Notes under the pieces: model-generated | Database searches by the model: none | The model's input: the letters and a program-made list of their open reading frames with translations, nothing else | Told to the model about the DNA's origin: nothing | Part shown: in pieces, positions 45,619-56,167 of the stretch | Layout: every line of letters starts with the position of its first letter | Position numbering within the stretch: the stretch's first letter is position 1 | Origin: Diplonema japonicum | Lineage: Eukaryota; Protista; Euglenozoa: Diplonemea | Reading direction: 5' to 3' | DNA: 64,000 nt | Assembly: GCA_964019335.1 (NCBI GenBank) | Contig: OZ025731.1 | Location: 186,001-250,000 of the forward strand | Program-made: the position numbers and the translations under genes

Positions 45619-46554
45619 ATGTTGAAGAGAACCATCCAAGCACGCTGCCCAGCGCAGCTGTTTAAAAACCAACAAAAAGCGGATTTTACACCAGAGATGT
45701 GGGGCGGTGCTGCAACGGAGTACGAACGCGCCTTCGGTGGGAAGCTGGAGTCATACGCAAGACAAGTGATAGAGGACCACATGGACCGCAGCAACATGGG
45801 GGCGGTCCTCGATGTGGGCTGCGGAACAGGCGCGGTTTGGGACGCACTGAAAGGAACGGGTGCACAATGCAAATCGTTCACAGGGATAGACTACTCTGAG
45901 GACATGATCAACAAGGCCAAACAAAAACTAACCCACACCCCGAGCCCCTTCCCCCACAACGAGTTGCACATCATGGACGGCACAGCAATGTCCTTCAACG
46001 ACTCATCCTTCGACACAATCTTTGCAATGTTCTCGTTGCTCTTCTTTACCGACAAGCTGAAAGGCATGCAAGAAATCCATCGTGTCCTCCGCCCTTCAGG
46101 AAACGCTGTTATCGGCTGCTGGGCACCTGTTCAAACTATTGAATGGGTTCACTACAGCAATGTGGCCCTCAAGTCTGTTCTTGGTTCGTCTCTGCCGAAG
46201 ATCCGGCCGGAGAACAAAGCCGAGCTTCCCAATTTCCAGACTTACGCGAACCCTCTTGTGTTGAAGGCCGATCTTGTCAAGGCAGGGTTCCTCGGAGACT
46301 GTGTTTCTGTTGCCGCGGTCACCAGGACGTTTTCGTTCAAAGGAGCTGTGGAGTTGGAGAGGCTGTGGCTCGACATGTCGCTCACGTACCCTTCGCTGAG
46401 CTTTGTGATGAACACTTTCCCCAAGGACGAGATAAAAGACATCAAGGCAGAAGTTGCGAAATCTTTCGCAACAGTCGTACACGAGGCTACGCAGACCACC
46501 GAGCACCATGGGGTTCTGAGGGGAACCGCGAATGTTGCCCTCTGTAAGAAATGA
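45619..46554 (+). CDS. Class I SAM-dependent methyltransferase (UbiE-like fold), probable mitochondrial presequence
   Basis: VLDVGCGTG, GIDYSEDMI, FNDSSFD, EIHRVLRPSG. Confidence 0.9.
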   Translation: MLKRTIQARCPAQLFKNQQKADFTPEMWGGAATEYERAFGGKLESYARQVIEDHMDRSNMGAVLDVGCGTGAVWDALKGTGAQCKSFTGIDYSEDMINKAKQKLTHTPSPFPHNELHIMDGTAMSFNDSSFDTIFAMFSLLFFTDKLKGMQEIHRVLRPSGNAVIGCWAPVQTIEWVHYSNVALKSVLGSSLPKIRPENKAELPNFQTYANPLVLKADLVKAGFLGDCVSVAAVTRTFSFKGAVELERLWLDMSLTYPSLSFVMNTFPKDEIKDIKAEVAKSFATVVHEATQTTEHHGVLRGTANVALCKK

Positions 46555-46686
46555 TTGAAAAAAAAAGAAGAAGAAAAAACGTACTTTTTTTTTTTTTTTT
46601 TTTTTTGTCGAGTAAACGGATTTTACTTCTCTTATATAATTTTTTTTTTTCCCACAGAGGGAGAGGGGAAGAGAAAAAAAAAAAAA

Positions 46687-47276
46687 ATGTCATCAAGCAC
46701 ACCATCGAAAAACCCGCCCCCTGGGCAGCAGTTGAACAGGCAGGACGACAATGTGTTCAAGTTAGTCATGGTGTGCCCTATATAAAAAAAAAAAAAAAAA
46801 AAAAAAATCAATTTTTTTTGTATTTTTTTTTTCTTTTATAGAAACTGTACGAGACGAAACAGTACAAGAAGGCCCTGAAGAACGTGGAAACGGTGCTGAA
46901 GAGCAACCCCCAGCACGGCGAGTCCCTCGCGATGAAGGGTCTCATCCTCAGCTCGCTCCCCAACAGCAAGAAAGAAGAAGCGTACGACTTGGTAAAGACC
47001 GGCCTGATGAAGAACATGAAATCTCTGATCTGCTGGCACGTGTACGGGCTTCTGTACCGCTCTGACAACAACTACATGGAGGCCATCAAGTGCTACAAGC
47101 AGGCGTTGAAGATAGAGGACAACAACCTCAGCATCCTGAGGGATCTGTCTATGCTTCAGGTTCACATGAGAGACCTTCAAAGCCTCACTGACACAAGACA
47201 AAAACTCCTCGAGCTCAAGCCCAGTTCCAAGGCGAACTGGCTCGGCTTCGCCTTCGCCCACCATCTCCAGGTATGG

Positions 47277-47313
<37 letters not shown>

Positions 47314-49036
47314 GTGTACAGGGCAACCATGAATGCGCGCTCGCCATTCTCGACTCCTATGAGGGCACCATGGGCCTCCCAGAGACAGCGTATGACGCGT
47401 CAGAATTCCTGCTGTACAGGTGTTTGATTAAATTCGAGTCCGGTGCTTGGCAGGAGACTCTCGACTTGTTCGCGAAGTACGGGAACAAGGTACGAATTTA
47501 AAAAAAAAAAAAAAAAAAAAAAATACAGCTTGTCGACAAGGAGTATGTGTACTGCACCTCGGCGGAGTGCCACGAAAAGCTCGACCAATGGGACAAAGCG
47601 CTGCAGTGCTACAAGGAGCTTGTCGAGATCAACCCGGAGAACAAGGAGTTCATCGAACCCTACGTCGAGACCGCCACCAGAGACGGGAAAAAAACCCCGT
47701 CCGAGGTGTTCACAGAGCTGGCGAACACATACCCGAAGTCCAAGACCGTTCAGGTAACTATTAAAAAAAAAACAAAAAAAAAATTTTTTTTAAAAAGAAA
47801 CTGCAAACTGACGCGGCATCTGGTGAGGAGTTCGTGAAGCTCGCCACCAAAATGGTGAAGCACTACATCATCAAGGGCATCCCGTCCCTCGAGAACGCCC
47901 TCAAAAGCTTCTACACCTTCCCCGACAAGGTCAAGGTCATCGAGGAGATCCTAACAAAAATGGAGAAAGAGGTCACCGCCTCCGAAACGATCGAGGGCGA
48001 ACCCGCGACTAAGGTAACCATTTTCAACATCTGGATGGGCCTCTCCGGGCATTACATGCGTGCAGGGGACCAAGCCAAGGCACTGGAACACTGTGAAAAG
48101 TGCATCAAACACACCCCAACAGCCGACTCCATTTTCACCCTAAAGGCAAGGATCCTGAAGAGAATGGGAAAGCTGCAAGAAGCAGCGGACTCAATGGAAG
48201 AGGCCCGGAAAATGGACCCCGCCGATAGATTTTACAACTCCAAAACGGCAATGTACCTGCTCCGTGTGGATAACTGGAAGGAAGCTGAGGAAACCTTCAA
48301 TATCTTCACATACAAGCCCATCCAAGACACATGGCCCACTATCTGTGAAATGCAGTGCATGTGGTACATTACAGAACTCGGAGACAGCTTGTATCGATTA
48401 GGCGATGTTGAGGCCGCACTGAAAAAATACTTGATTATCGAGAAAACGTTCAAAGATATCGTGGAGGACCAGTTCGATTTCCACCATTACGTGACTAAGA
48501 AACAGAACATAAGGGCGTACCTCGACCTACTCCGGTTTATGGACACCGCGAGAAACCACAAATATTTCTGTAGAGCAGCTGCCAAAATTGTGAGATGCTA
48601 CCTTGACATCCACTCCCAGGGCGAGGAGAAGATCAAAGAAAGGATCAACCAGAAGTTTGCTGACAAGGAAGCCGCCCACTCCAAGCTCCTCTCCAAGGAA
48701 CAGCGTGAAAAACAATCCGAATTCGACACCACTGTTGACTACAAGACCCCTTTGGAGTCCGCGCAACCCTTCCTCGAGGAGCTTTTGAAATACCGCGGGA
48801 CTGTGCTTGCCTCGCAGCTTCTTGCAATTGAATTTTACAGCACGCTTGGTTCACCTCTGCGTGCGCTGCGGGCTATCAAGCAAGCGCTTACGCTTCCTGG
48901 TGCCGATGAGTCAGTTGAGCTCAAGAGCAAGGCTGAGGAGTTCTTCAAGAACGAGACCTCCGCTGAATTGGAGGTTGCAATCAAGGAGATCATCATAGAG
49001 CAGAAGGCTGAGGTTATGAAGGCGTTCAAGTGCTGA
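46687..49036 (+). CDS. NAA15: NatA auxiliary subunit; introns 46771-46841, 47271-47321, 47490-47528, 47754-47797
   Basis: KLYETKQYKKALK, HGESLAMKGL, ICWHVYGLLYRSD, LRDLSMLQVHMRD, KGIPSL, EMQCMWY, EDQFDFH. Confidence 0.95.
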
Positions 49037-49824
49037 AGGTTGAAATGAGAAAAAAAAAAAAAAAGAAAAAAAAAAAGTGTGTTTTTTTTTTTTTTTTTTT
49101 TCCCAAAATCTTTTTTTATCATCAACGAAAAAAAAAAAAAAAAGAAAAAAAGTGTTCAGAAGGCATGGAAAATGGGGGGGTTTTTTTTTTTTGGAAGGGG
49201 GGGTTTTTTTTTTCTCCTGACACCCCCTTTTTTTTATTAGGAAGGTAAAGAAATTAATTAAAAAAAATAAAACCTATCATATCTCAAATACCAGTCAGTT
49301 GCGTTCGGAGTGGGCTACATTTTTTTTTTTTATTTGGAACAATTTTCTTTTCAGTCGACCTTTGAAAGGTTTTGAAATCCACTGTGGCCCTTAAGAGCCC
49401 ACCGGGCCTTGTTTGACTGGTTTTAGAGGCATTGTAGGTGGAAAAAAAAAATCATCTCTCGAATTTTCTTTTTACCTTTATTTTTATTTTATTTTATTTT
49501 ATTATGAAAAGAAACACATTTGTTATTGTTGTAGTTATCAAAGAGAAGGAAAAAAAAAAAAAAAGAAATAGTAACCACAGCCGAGCGTTTCCTATGCTCA
49601 CCCCATATTATTTCTTCTTCTTCTTTTATTCCCCTTGCGTTTTTTTTTTTTTTTTCCTCTTTTTTTAAGAAGTTTTTTGTCTCTTTTTCATTCCCCCCCT
49701 TTTTTTTTCCGTCTCTGCCCCCCCTTCACCCTCTCGTCCCTACTTTTTTTTTTTTTTATCCCCCATTTTTTCAAAAAAAAAAAAAAAAAAAAAAAGCGGC
49801 GGGCAAAAAAAAAAAAAAAAAAAA

Positions 49825-50637
49825 ATGCGCCGTACTGTTGGGGTTTTATGCAGCGCTCAAATGGACCCCTTCAGCGTGCTGGGTCTGTCTCCAGCTGCAA
49901 CGCAGCCTCAGCTTCGTCAACGGTACCTCGGTTTAGTGAAGGAGGTCCATCCGGACAGGCCTGGGGGCCAGGTCGACCTCATGCGCGACATCAACATTGC
50001 CTACAAGCTCGCATTGGCGATGACAGGAAAATCTCACAACAGAAAACCCCAACACACTGAGATCAAGCCCGATGAGGTGCAAACCACAGCAAGACGCGCA
50101 CACAGGCTGAGAGGTGTCCTTGACAGAGACGTACAAAAAAGCGCACCCTTGCAGGTGATACGAAGACACATAGAAGGCTATGACATGGTTTCAAACATAA
50201 AAAAAGGTTTAATCTTGTTAGGGTCGCAGGGCGGCTACGAAGGGCTTTTCGTCACAGTCTTAAAGGTGAATAAGAAGGAGGTCCGTTTGTTAGTTCTCAA
50301 CAAAAACGACTCCCCTGGGTACAAAAACCTCCCACCACACACCACGCAGGGCTGCGGTGGCCCTCAGGACTACGACACATCCACCTTCCTTTTAAGCCCT
50401 TCGGGAGAAATCGTTACTGACCCGCTCTTGCAGGATATCTACTCAGGGTGCCGCCTCCTTGCAGGGTACCTTTCTCTAGACCCAATGGGGCTTGAGGATC
50501 AGATCAGGTCGCATTTTTGGCGCTTGTTGCCTTATGAAAAAAGTGAGAGCGTGCTTCGTACGCCCAGTTCCGAGATGCTAGAAACGTGGAGGCGGGAGGC
50601 GTACGAATTGGAGTACACCATGAAGGGGCCTGTTTGA
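49825..50637 (+). CDS. J-domain protein with DUF179/YqgE-like C-terminal region
   Basis: DPFSVLGL...VHPD J domain; VLNK, GGP, RLLAGY....GLEDQI...W. Confidence 0.8.
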   Translation: MRRTVGVLCSAQMDPFSVLGLSPAATQPQLRQRYLGLVKEVHPDRPGGQVDLMRDINIAYKLALAMTGKSHNRKPQHTEIKPDEVQTTARRAHRLRGVLDRDVQKSAPLQVIRRHIEGYDMVSNIKKGLILLGSQGGYEGLFVTVLKVNKKEVRLLVLNKNDSPGYKNLPPHTTQGCGGPQDYDTSTFLLSPSGEIVTDPLLQDIYSGCRLLAGYLSLDPMGLEDQIRSHFWRLLPYEKSESVLRTPSSEMLETWRREAYELEYTMKGPV

Positions 50638-50778
50638 ATTTAGATGGGGGTGGGGATTATTCGTTAAAAACTTGTGAAAATTCATGTGGCGTGAGATTTT
50701 TTTTTTTTCCCCATATATAACTCACTGCGGTGAACCAATACACTGGGTTCTTAGTCTCGAAATTAGAATTTGTTGAAA

Positions 50779-50814
<36 letters not shown>

Positions 50815-52031
50815 GAAAGGACCTTTTTGACAGTGGCCCCCTTTTTTTTGTTTTGTTAAAAAAAAACTTTTTTTTTACCCGAGGTGTTCTACCGCATTTT
50901 ACTATTTTTTTTTACCATACGGCTGCTTTCTAGGGGGGGGGGGGGGGGGGGGGGGCATTGTTTTTTGTTTATTGTTCCTTGGAGTTAGCTGCTGCGCTGT
51001 ACACTGCCTTTCCGCTTTTATTTTTTTTTTTTTTTAGCGAAAGAAAGAAGAAAAAAAACATAAAAAGACACAGTCGCACGCTCTGGCGACGCAAAAGGAC
51101 AGCAAGGGGTAAACGGCAACCACCTAACTGCCCCTGCGTCAATCTCCTTTTTTTTTTTTTTTTTTTACACCTTGAAAAGGGAATAAAGTTGAGTCCTTTT
51201 TATTCTCTCCCCCCCCCCCTTTTTTTTACACGCTCTCTTTTTTTTTCTTTCTAATCGAGAGAGTACTGAACACCCAAGACTAGGTGGATGTCTGTGGACA
51301 TCTTGTCGAGAAATGGCACAGCCCTTCTGTCTTGTTTAAGGACAGCATCACAACTAATAAGACTTGCCTGTAGGGAAATTCTTAAAGTTCTATCGCGCCA
51401 TTGTTGAAACTTAAGGCGCTTCTTTTTAGAAGAAGTGACACCGGATGATCTCTTAAAAAGTTTCCTCTTTTCCCCTCTCTTTTTGTTGCAAAGTAAAGGA
51501 AGAATTTCTTTTTCTACCGTTAATTATTTGTTTCCCTCCTCTCCCCCCCTTTTTTTTTCCCGTGGCTTTTGCGGGCCCTCGTTGGTAAAAATGCAGAGCC
51601 TTTTAAGGCAACGGTGAAGTTCCTTCTTCTGCCACATACCGCAGGTACCCTTAAATAGTCTCTTTTTCTTTCTTTCTTCTTCTTTTTCGTGGGGCGTTAG
51701 CTAACACTTCCTCTCTCCATCAAAACTAAATCTTTTTTACTTTTTTTTTTTATTTTTAACGAAACTTTTTTTTTTTTAAAGTTTTCTTTGCTGTAAATTC
51801 TCCCTTCTGGGCGCTCGTGCGCACACGCAATTGAAACGCCAGAGTTTCTTTTCCAGCAGGCCACCAACACTGGACTCCTGTATCTCTAATATTTGTTATT
51901 TGCTTTTTATATAATTCCTCCATTTTACAATTCCCGTCCCCCGTTTTCTGTGCTTTTTTGTATTCATTTCTCTCCTCATAAAACGAACCAAATCAAAACA
52001 GTTTTTCCGGCCAAGAATAAATAAAAAAAAA

Positions 52032-52679
52032 ATGTTCAGCAAGGTGATGATGCTCGCGGCGACGGTCGCAGTGGCTGAGGGTGTTGCGATCAAGTGGACG
52101 GGCATCGTGAACGACCAGCAGTGGACAACCCCGAACAACTGGTACCCTGCGCAGGTTCCCGGTCCCAACGATGCAGTGACGATAGATGACGCTGAGGGGA
52201 AGGACGCTGTTGTGGTTCTGGTGAGCCAGAGCCCCGTCTCCATTGGCTCCCTCTCGATGGGGAACCTTGTGTCCAACAATGCCAGGTTGAGAGTCCTTGC
52301 TCCCCTCACTGTGAACCATTTCACCACTGTGCAGCCTAAGGGTGTCCTTGAGATCAACAGTGGTGCTGCATCCCTCACCTGCAACACCATCAACATTGCT
52401 GGTCAGCTGGACTTCGCCGCCGGGACCATGATGGGCAATGCCACCATCACTGGTTTCGCAAACCTTGCTGGTCAGGCAGCCAAGGTGTTGGACCACACCC
52501 ACATCAATGTGAAGTCTCAGCAGACCGTGCAAGCCTCTGGCTCCCTTCAGTTCAAGGGCTCGTCAAGCATCATCGCAAACACTGGTGTTGCTGCTCAGGG
52601 CCAGGACTTCCAGTGCATTGTGATGGACCAGAGCACTGGAAACAAGTTCCTGGCCAACGGCTTCAGCTGGCACAACTAA
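52032..52679 (+). CDS. Secreted beta-solenoid-like protein, array copy 1 (type A)
   Basis: Signal peptide; WTG...W....NW....VP...D.VTI motif; six paralogs in window. Confidence 0.9.
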   Translation: MFSKVMMLAATVAVAEGVAIKWTGIVNDQQWTTPNNWYPAQVPGPNDAVTIDDAEGKDAVVVLVSQSPVSIGSLSMGNLVSNNARLRVLAPLTVNHFTTVQPKGVLEINSGAASLTCNTINIAGQLDFAAGTMMGNATITGFANLAGQAAKVLDHTHINVKSQQTVQASGSLQFKGSSSIIANTGVAAQGQDFQCIVMDQSTGNKFLANGFSWHN

Positions 52680-52960
52680 GCAATACCTTGCTGTGTACAC
52701 CCCATTTCCCATTTTTCTTCTTTTTTCTGCCGTTTTTAAGTGAATGCGAGATTACTGAGCCAAATGGCCATTTGGTGTTCTTCCGCCTGTCCCCCTACCC
52801 TTGTCCCCCACCCTTGCCGCTCCAGGTACAGGGTTGCTTCCCCCAATTACAAGATAGGCACGACAAGTCGAGCTACTTTGAAAGTTATGAGTTTGTACAT
52901 GCTTCGGCAAGTATAAGGGACACACAGGAATTTCTTTGTTTTCTTCACACCTTTCTTAAA

Positions 52961-53608
52961 ATGTTCAGCAAAATGATGATGCTCGCGGCGACGGTCGCAG
53001 TGGCTGAGGGTATTGCGATCAAGTGGACGGGCATCGTGAACGACCAGCAGTGGACAACCCCGAACAACTGGTACCCTGCGCAGGTTCCCGGTCCCAACGA
53101 TGCAGTGACGATCGATGACGCTGAGGGGAAGGACGCAATTGTGGTTCTGGTGAGCCAGAACCCCGTCTCCATTGGCTCCCTCTCGATGGGGAACCTTGTG
53201 TCCAACAATGCCAGGTTGAGAGTCCTTGCTCCCCTCACTGTGAACCATTTCACCACTGTGCAGCCTAAGGGTGTCCTTGAGATCAACAGTGGTGCTGCAT
53301 CCCTCACCTGCAACACCATCAACATTGCTGGTCAGCTGGACTTCGCCGCCGGGACCATGATGGGCAATGCCACCATCACTGGTTTCGCAAACCTTGCTGG
53401 TCAGGCAGCCAAGGTGTTGGACCACACCCACATCAATGTGAAGTCTCAGCAGACCGTGCAAGCCTCTGGCTCCCTTCAGTTCAAGGGCTCGTCAAGCATC
53501 ATCACGAACACTGGTGTTGCTGCTCAGGGCCAGGACTTCCAGTGCATTGTGATGGACCAGAGCACTGGAAACAAGTTCCTGGCCAACGGCTTCAGCTGGC
53601 ACAACTAG
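52961..53608 (+). CDS. Secreted beta-solenoid-like protein, copy 2 (type A)
   Basis: Near-identical to copy 1; ATG at 52961. Confidence 0.9.
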   Translation: MFSKMMMLAATVAVAEGIAIKWTGIVNDQQWTTPNNWYPAQVPGPNDAVTIDDAEGKDAIVVLVSQNPVSIGSLSMGNLVSNNARLRVLAPLTVNHFTTVQPKGVLEINSGAASLTCNTINIAGQLDFAAGTMMGNATITGFANLAGQAAKVLDHTHINVKSQQTVQASGSLQFKGSSSIITNTGVAAQGQDFQCIVMDQSTGNKFLANGFSWHN

Positions 53609-53906
53609 AACGCTCCCAATTCCGTGCATTGTGTGAATAACCCATGGTATTCCTTGATTTCCCCATGCAGACGGCCTCCCTCCTTTCTGATTCCTTACAA
53701 CGAAACCCATATTCCCCCTCCTCTCCCCTTTTACCGGTCGTTGCTGTGCACCAGGTTGCGCGACAAGATAATACACACAACACACACTGCTCCTCCCACT
53801 GCACTGAGTGCAGAGGTTGTTTCCCGCAATACGTATTTGACTGCCGCCCGATTGCACTCGCTTCACTTTATCAGGTTAATTAGAAAGAATCTAAAAGAAA
53901 AATAAA

Positions 53907-54554
53907 ATGTTCAGCAAGGTGATGATGCTCGCGGCGACGGTCGCAGTGGCTGAGGGTATTGCGATCAAGTGGACGGGCATCGTGAACGACCAGCAGTGGA
54001 CAACCCCGAACAACTGGTACCCTGCGCAGGTTCCCGGTCCCAACGATGCAGTGACGATAGATGACGCTGAGGGGAAGGACGCTGTTGTGGTTCTGGTGAG
54101 CCAGAGCCCCGTCTCCATTGGCTCCCTCTCGATGGGGAACCTTGTGTCCAACAATGCCAGGTTGAGAGTCCTTGCTCCCCTCACTGTGAACCATTTCACC
54201 ACTGTGCAGCCTAAGGGTGTCCTTGAGATCAACAGTGGTGCTGCATCCCTCACCTGCAACACCATCAACATTGCTGGTCAGCTGGACTTCGCCGCCGGGA
54301 CCATGATGGGCAATGCCACCATCACTGGTTTCGCAAACCTTGCTGGTCAGGCAGCCAAGGTGTTGGACCACACCCACATCAATGTGAAGTCTCAGCAGAC
54401 CGTGCAAGCCTCTGGCTCCCTTCAGTTCAAGGGCTCGTCAAGCATCATCGCAAACACTGGTGTTGCTGCTCAGGGCCAGGACTTCCAGTGCATTGTGATG
54501 GACCAGAGCACTGGAAACAAGTTCCTGGCCAACGGCTTCAGCTGGCACAACTAG
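53907..54554 (+). CDS. Secreted beta-solenoid-like protein, copy 3 (type A)
   Basis: One residue different from copy 1. Confidence 0.9.
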   Translation: MFSKVMMLAATVAVAEGIAIKWTGIVNDQQWTTPNNWYPAQVPGPNDAVTIDDAEGKDAVVVLVSQSPVSIGSLSMGNLVSNNARLRVLAPLTVNHFTTVQPKGVLEINSGAASLTCNTINIAGQLDFAAGTMMGNATITGFANLAGQAAKVLDHTHINVKSQQTVQASGSLQFKGSSSIIANTGVAAQGQDFQCIVMDQSTGNKFLANGFSWHN

Positions 54555-54892
54555 AAAGAGCGGCCTGCAGCGTTCTGCTGCACGCGCCCCATTCCAACTT
54601 TCTGCATTGTGTAACCGAATGACCGGTGCTACCCGGTTCCTCCATTCCCCACCCTTGCCACTCCAAGGTACAGATTGCTTCCCCACAATTATAATATGGG
54701 CACATTGACTTGTCTCAGATAGCACAATGAAGTGCGTGATCCCCTCCTCCCCCCTATTTTTTTCTTCTTTTAATCTCCAAACTCGTACACGTGAACGAGC
54801 CATGCTTACGACAGTTGAAAATATTTTCGAATATACTCTGCTTATGACATCACAGGTGACTAGTCGATCTCGTTAAAAGAAAAAAAAGAAAA

Positions 54893-55537
54893 ATGTTCAG
54901 CAAAATGATGATGCTCGCGGCGACGGTCGCAGTGGCTGAGGGTATTGCGATCAAGTGGACGGGCATCGTGAACGACCAGCAGTGGACAACCCCGAACAAC
55001 TGGTACCCTGCGCAGGTTCCCGGTCCCTACGATACGGTGACGATCGATGACGCTGAGGGGAAGGACGCAATTGTGGTTCTGGTGCAACCTGCTGTGGTGG
55101 GCTCCCTTACGATGGGGAACAACAACGAAAACAATGCCAGGCTAAGGGTCCTTGCTCCCCTCACTGTGAACTCCTACATTTCTGTGCAGCCCAACGGTGT
55201 CCTTGAGATCAACAGTGGTGCTGCATTCCTTACATGTGAAAACACAGTTATCGCCGGGCAGCTGGACTTCGCAGCTGGAACCCTCAATGCAACAACTGCC
55301 ACCATCACCGGCCTCGCCAACATCTCCACACAGGCAGCCAAGGTCTTCTTGAACTCGAACATCAAAGTTATCTCCTCGCAGACCGTCCTCGCCTCTGGCT
55401 CCCTTCAGTTCAAGCAGTCCTCTTCTTTCGTCACCGACACAGGTGTCACCTCCCAGGGAATGGACTTCCAGTGCATTGTGATGGACCAGAGCACTGGAAA
55501 CAAATTCCATTCCAGTGGTTTCAACTGGGGGAACTAG
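54893..55537 (+). CDS. Secreted beta-solenoid-like protein, copy 4 (type B)
   Basis: Same N-terminus, diverged centre, ends FHSSGFNWGN. Confidence 0.9.
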   Translation: MFSKMMMLAATVAVAEGIAIKWTGIVNDQQWTTPNNWYPAQVPGPYDTVTIDDAEGKDAIVVLVQPAVVGSLTMGNNNENNARLRVLAPLTVNSYISVQPNGVLEINSGAAFLTCENTVIAGQLDFAAGTLNATTATITGLANISTQAAKVFLNSNIKVISSQTVLASGSLQFKQSSSFVTDTGVTSQGMDFQCIVMDQSTGNKFHSSGFNWGN

Positions 55538-55802
55538 GTCTTTCTTTTTTTTTTTTATTGGATAAAAAGAGGGGGGGAAGAAGAAAAAAAAAAGTGAAAT
55601 CCCCCCCTCTCTTGGACTTGAAGCCTCTTAAAGAATGTATTTTTTTTTTTATTTTCCCCACTTCTTTTCACTGTTGTAAAAAAGAAAAAAAAAAAAAAAA
55701 AAAAGAAGAAAAGAAGAAAAGAAAAAGAAGAGATAACCAAGTTAGCTCTTTTTTTTTTTCTAGTCTTTTTTTTTCTTTTCCCAAGAAATGAATATTTTGC
55801 AA

Positions 55803-55935
55803 CTCCAACGTTTAAGCCACTTTTTAAAAGTCGCACCCCCTTCCCTCGCTCGCACTTATCTCCAGAATTAAACGAGGAAGGAATAAAAGAAGAAGAAGAA
55901 AACCATTGAAGTCAGTTACTTCATTACCATTGTTG
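55803..55935 (+). repeat. Conserved downstream block shared with ~62073-62215
   Basis: CCAACGTTTA.GCC.CTTTTTAAAA...CACTTATCTCCAGAATTA.ACGAGG...CATTGAAGTCAGTTACTTC.TTACCATTGTT follows both copy 4 and copy 6. Confidence 0.8.
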
Positions 55936-56167
55936 TTTTTTTGTTTCTTTCTTCCCCCCCTTCCTTCCTCTCGATTCCTTTTTTTTTTTGTGTGTCTTTT
56001 TTTTTCTCTTGAGTTTCTTCCATGTGATGTTAATTCGTTTTTTTTTTTTTTTTTTTTTTTCTCCGGGAGTCTCACATAGACCTCCTTTACCTCATAAAAA
56101 TTTTTTTTCTCTTTTTTTATGTCGGAAAAAAAAAAAAAAAAAAAAAAGTTTTCAAAAAAAAAAAAAA

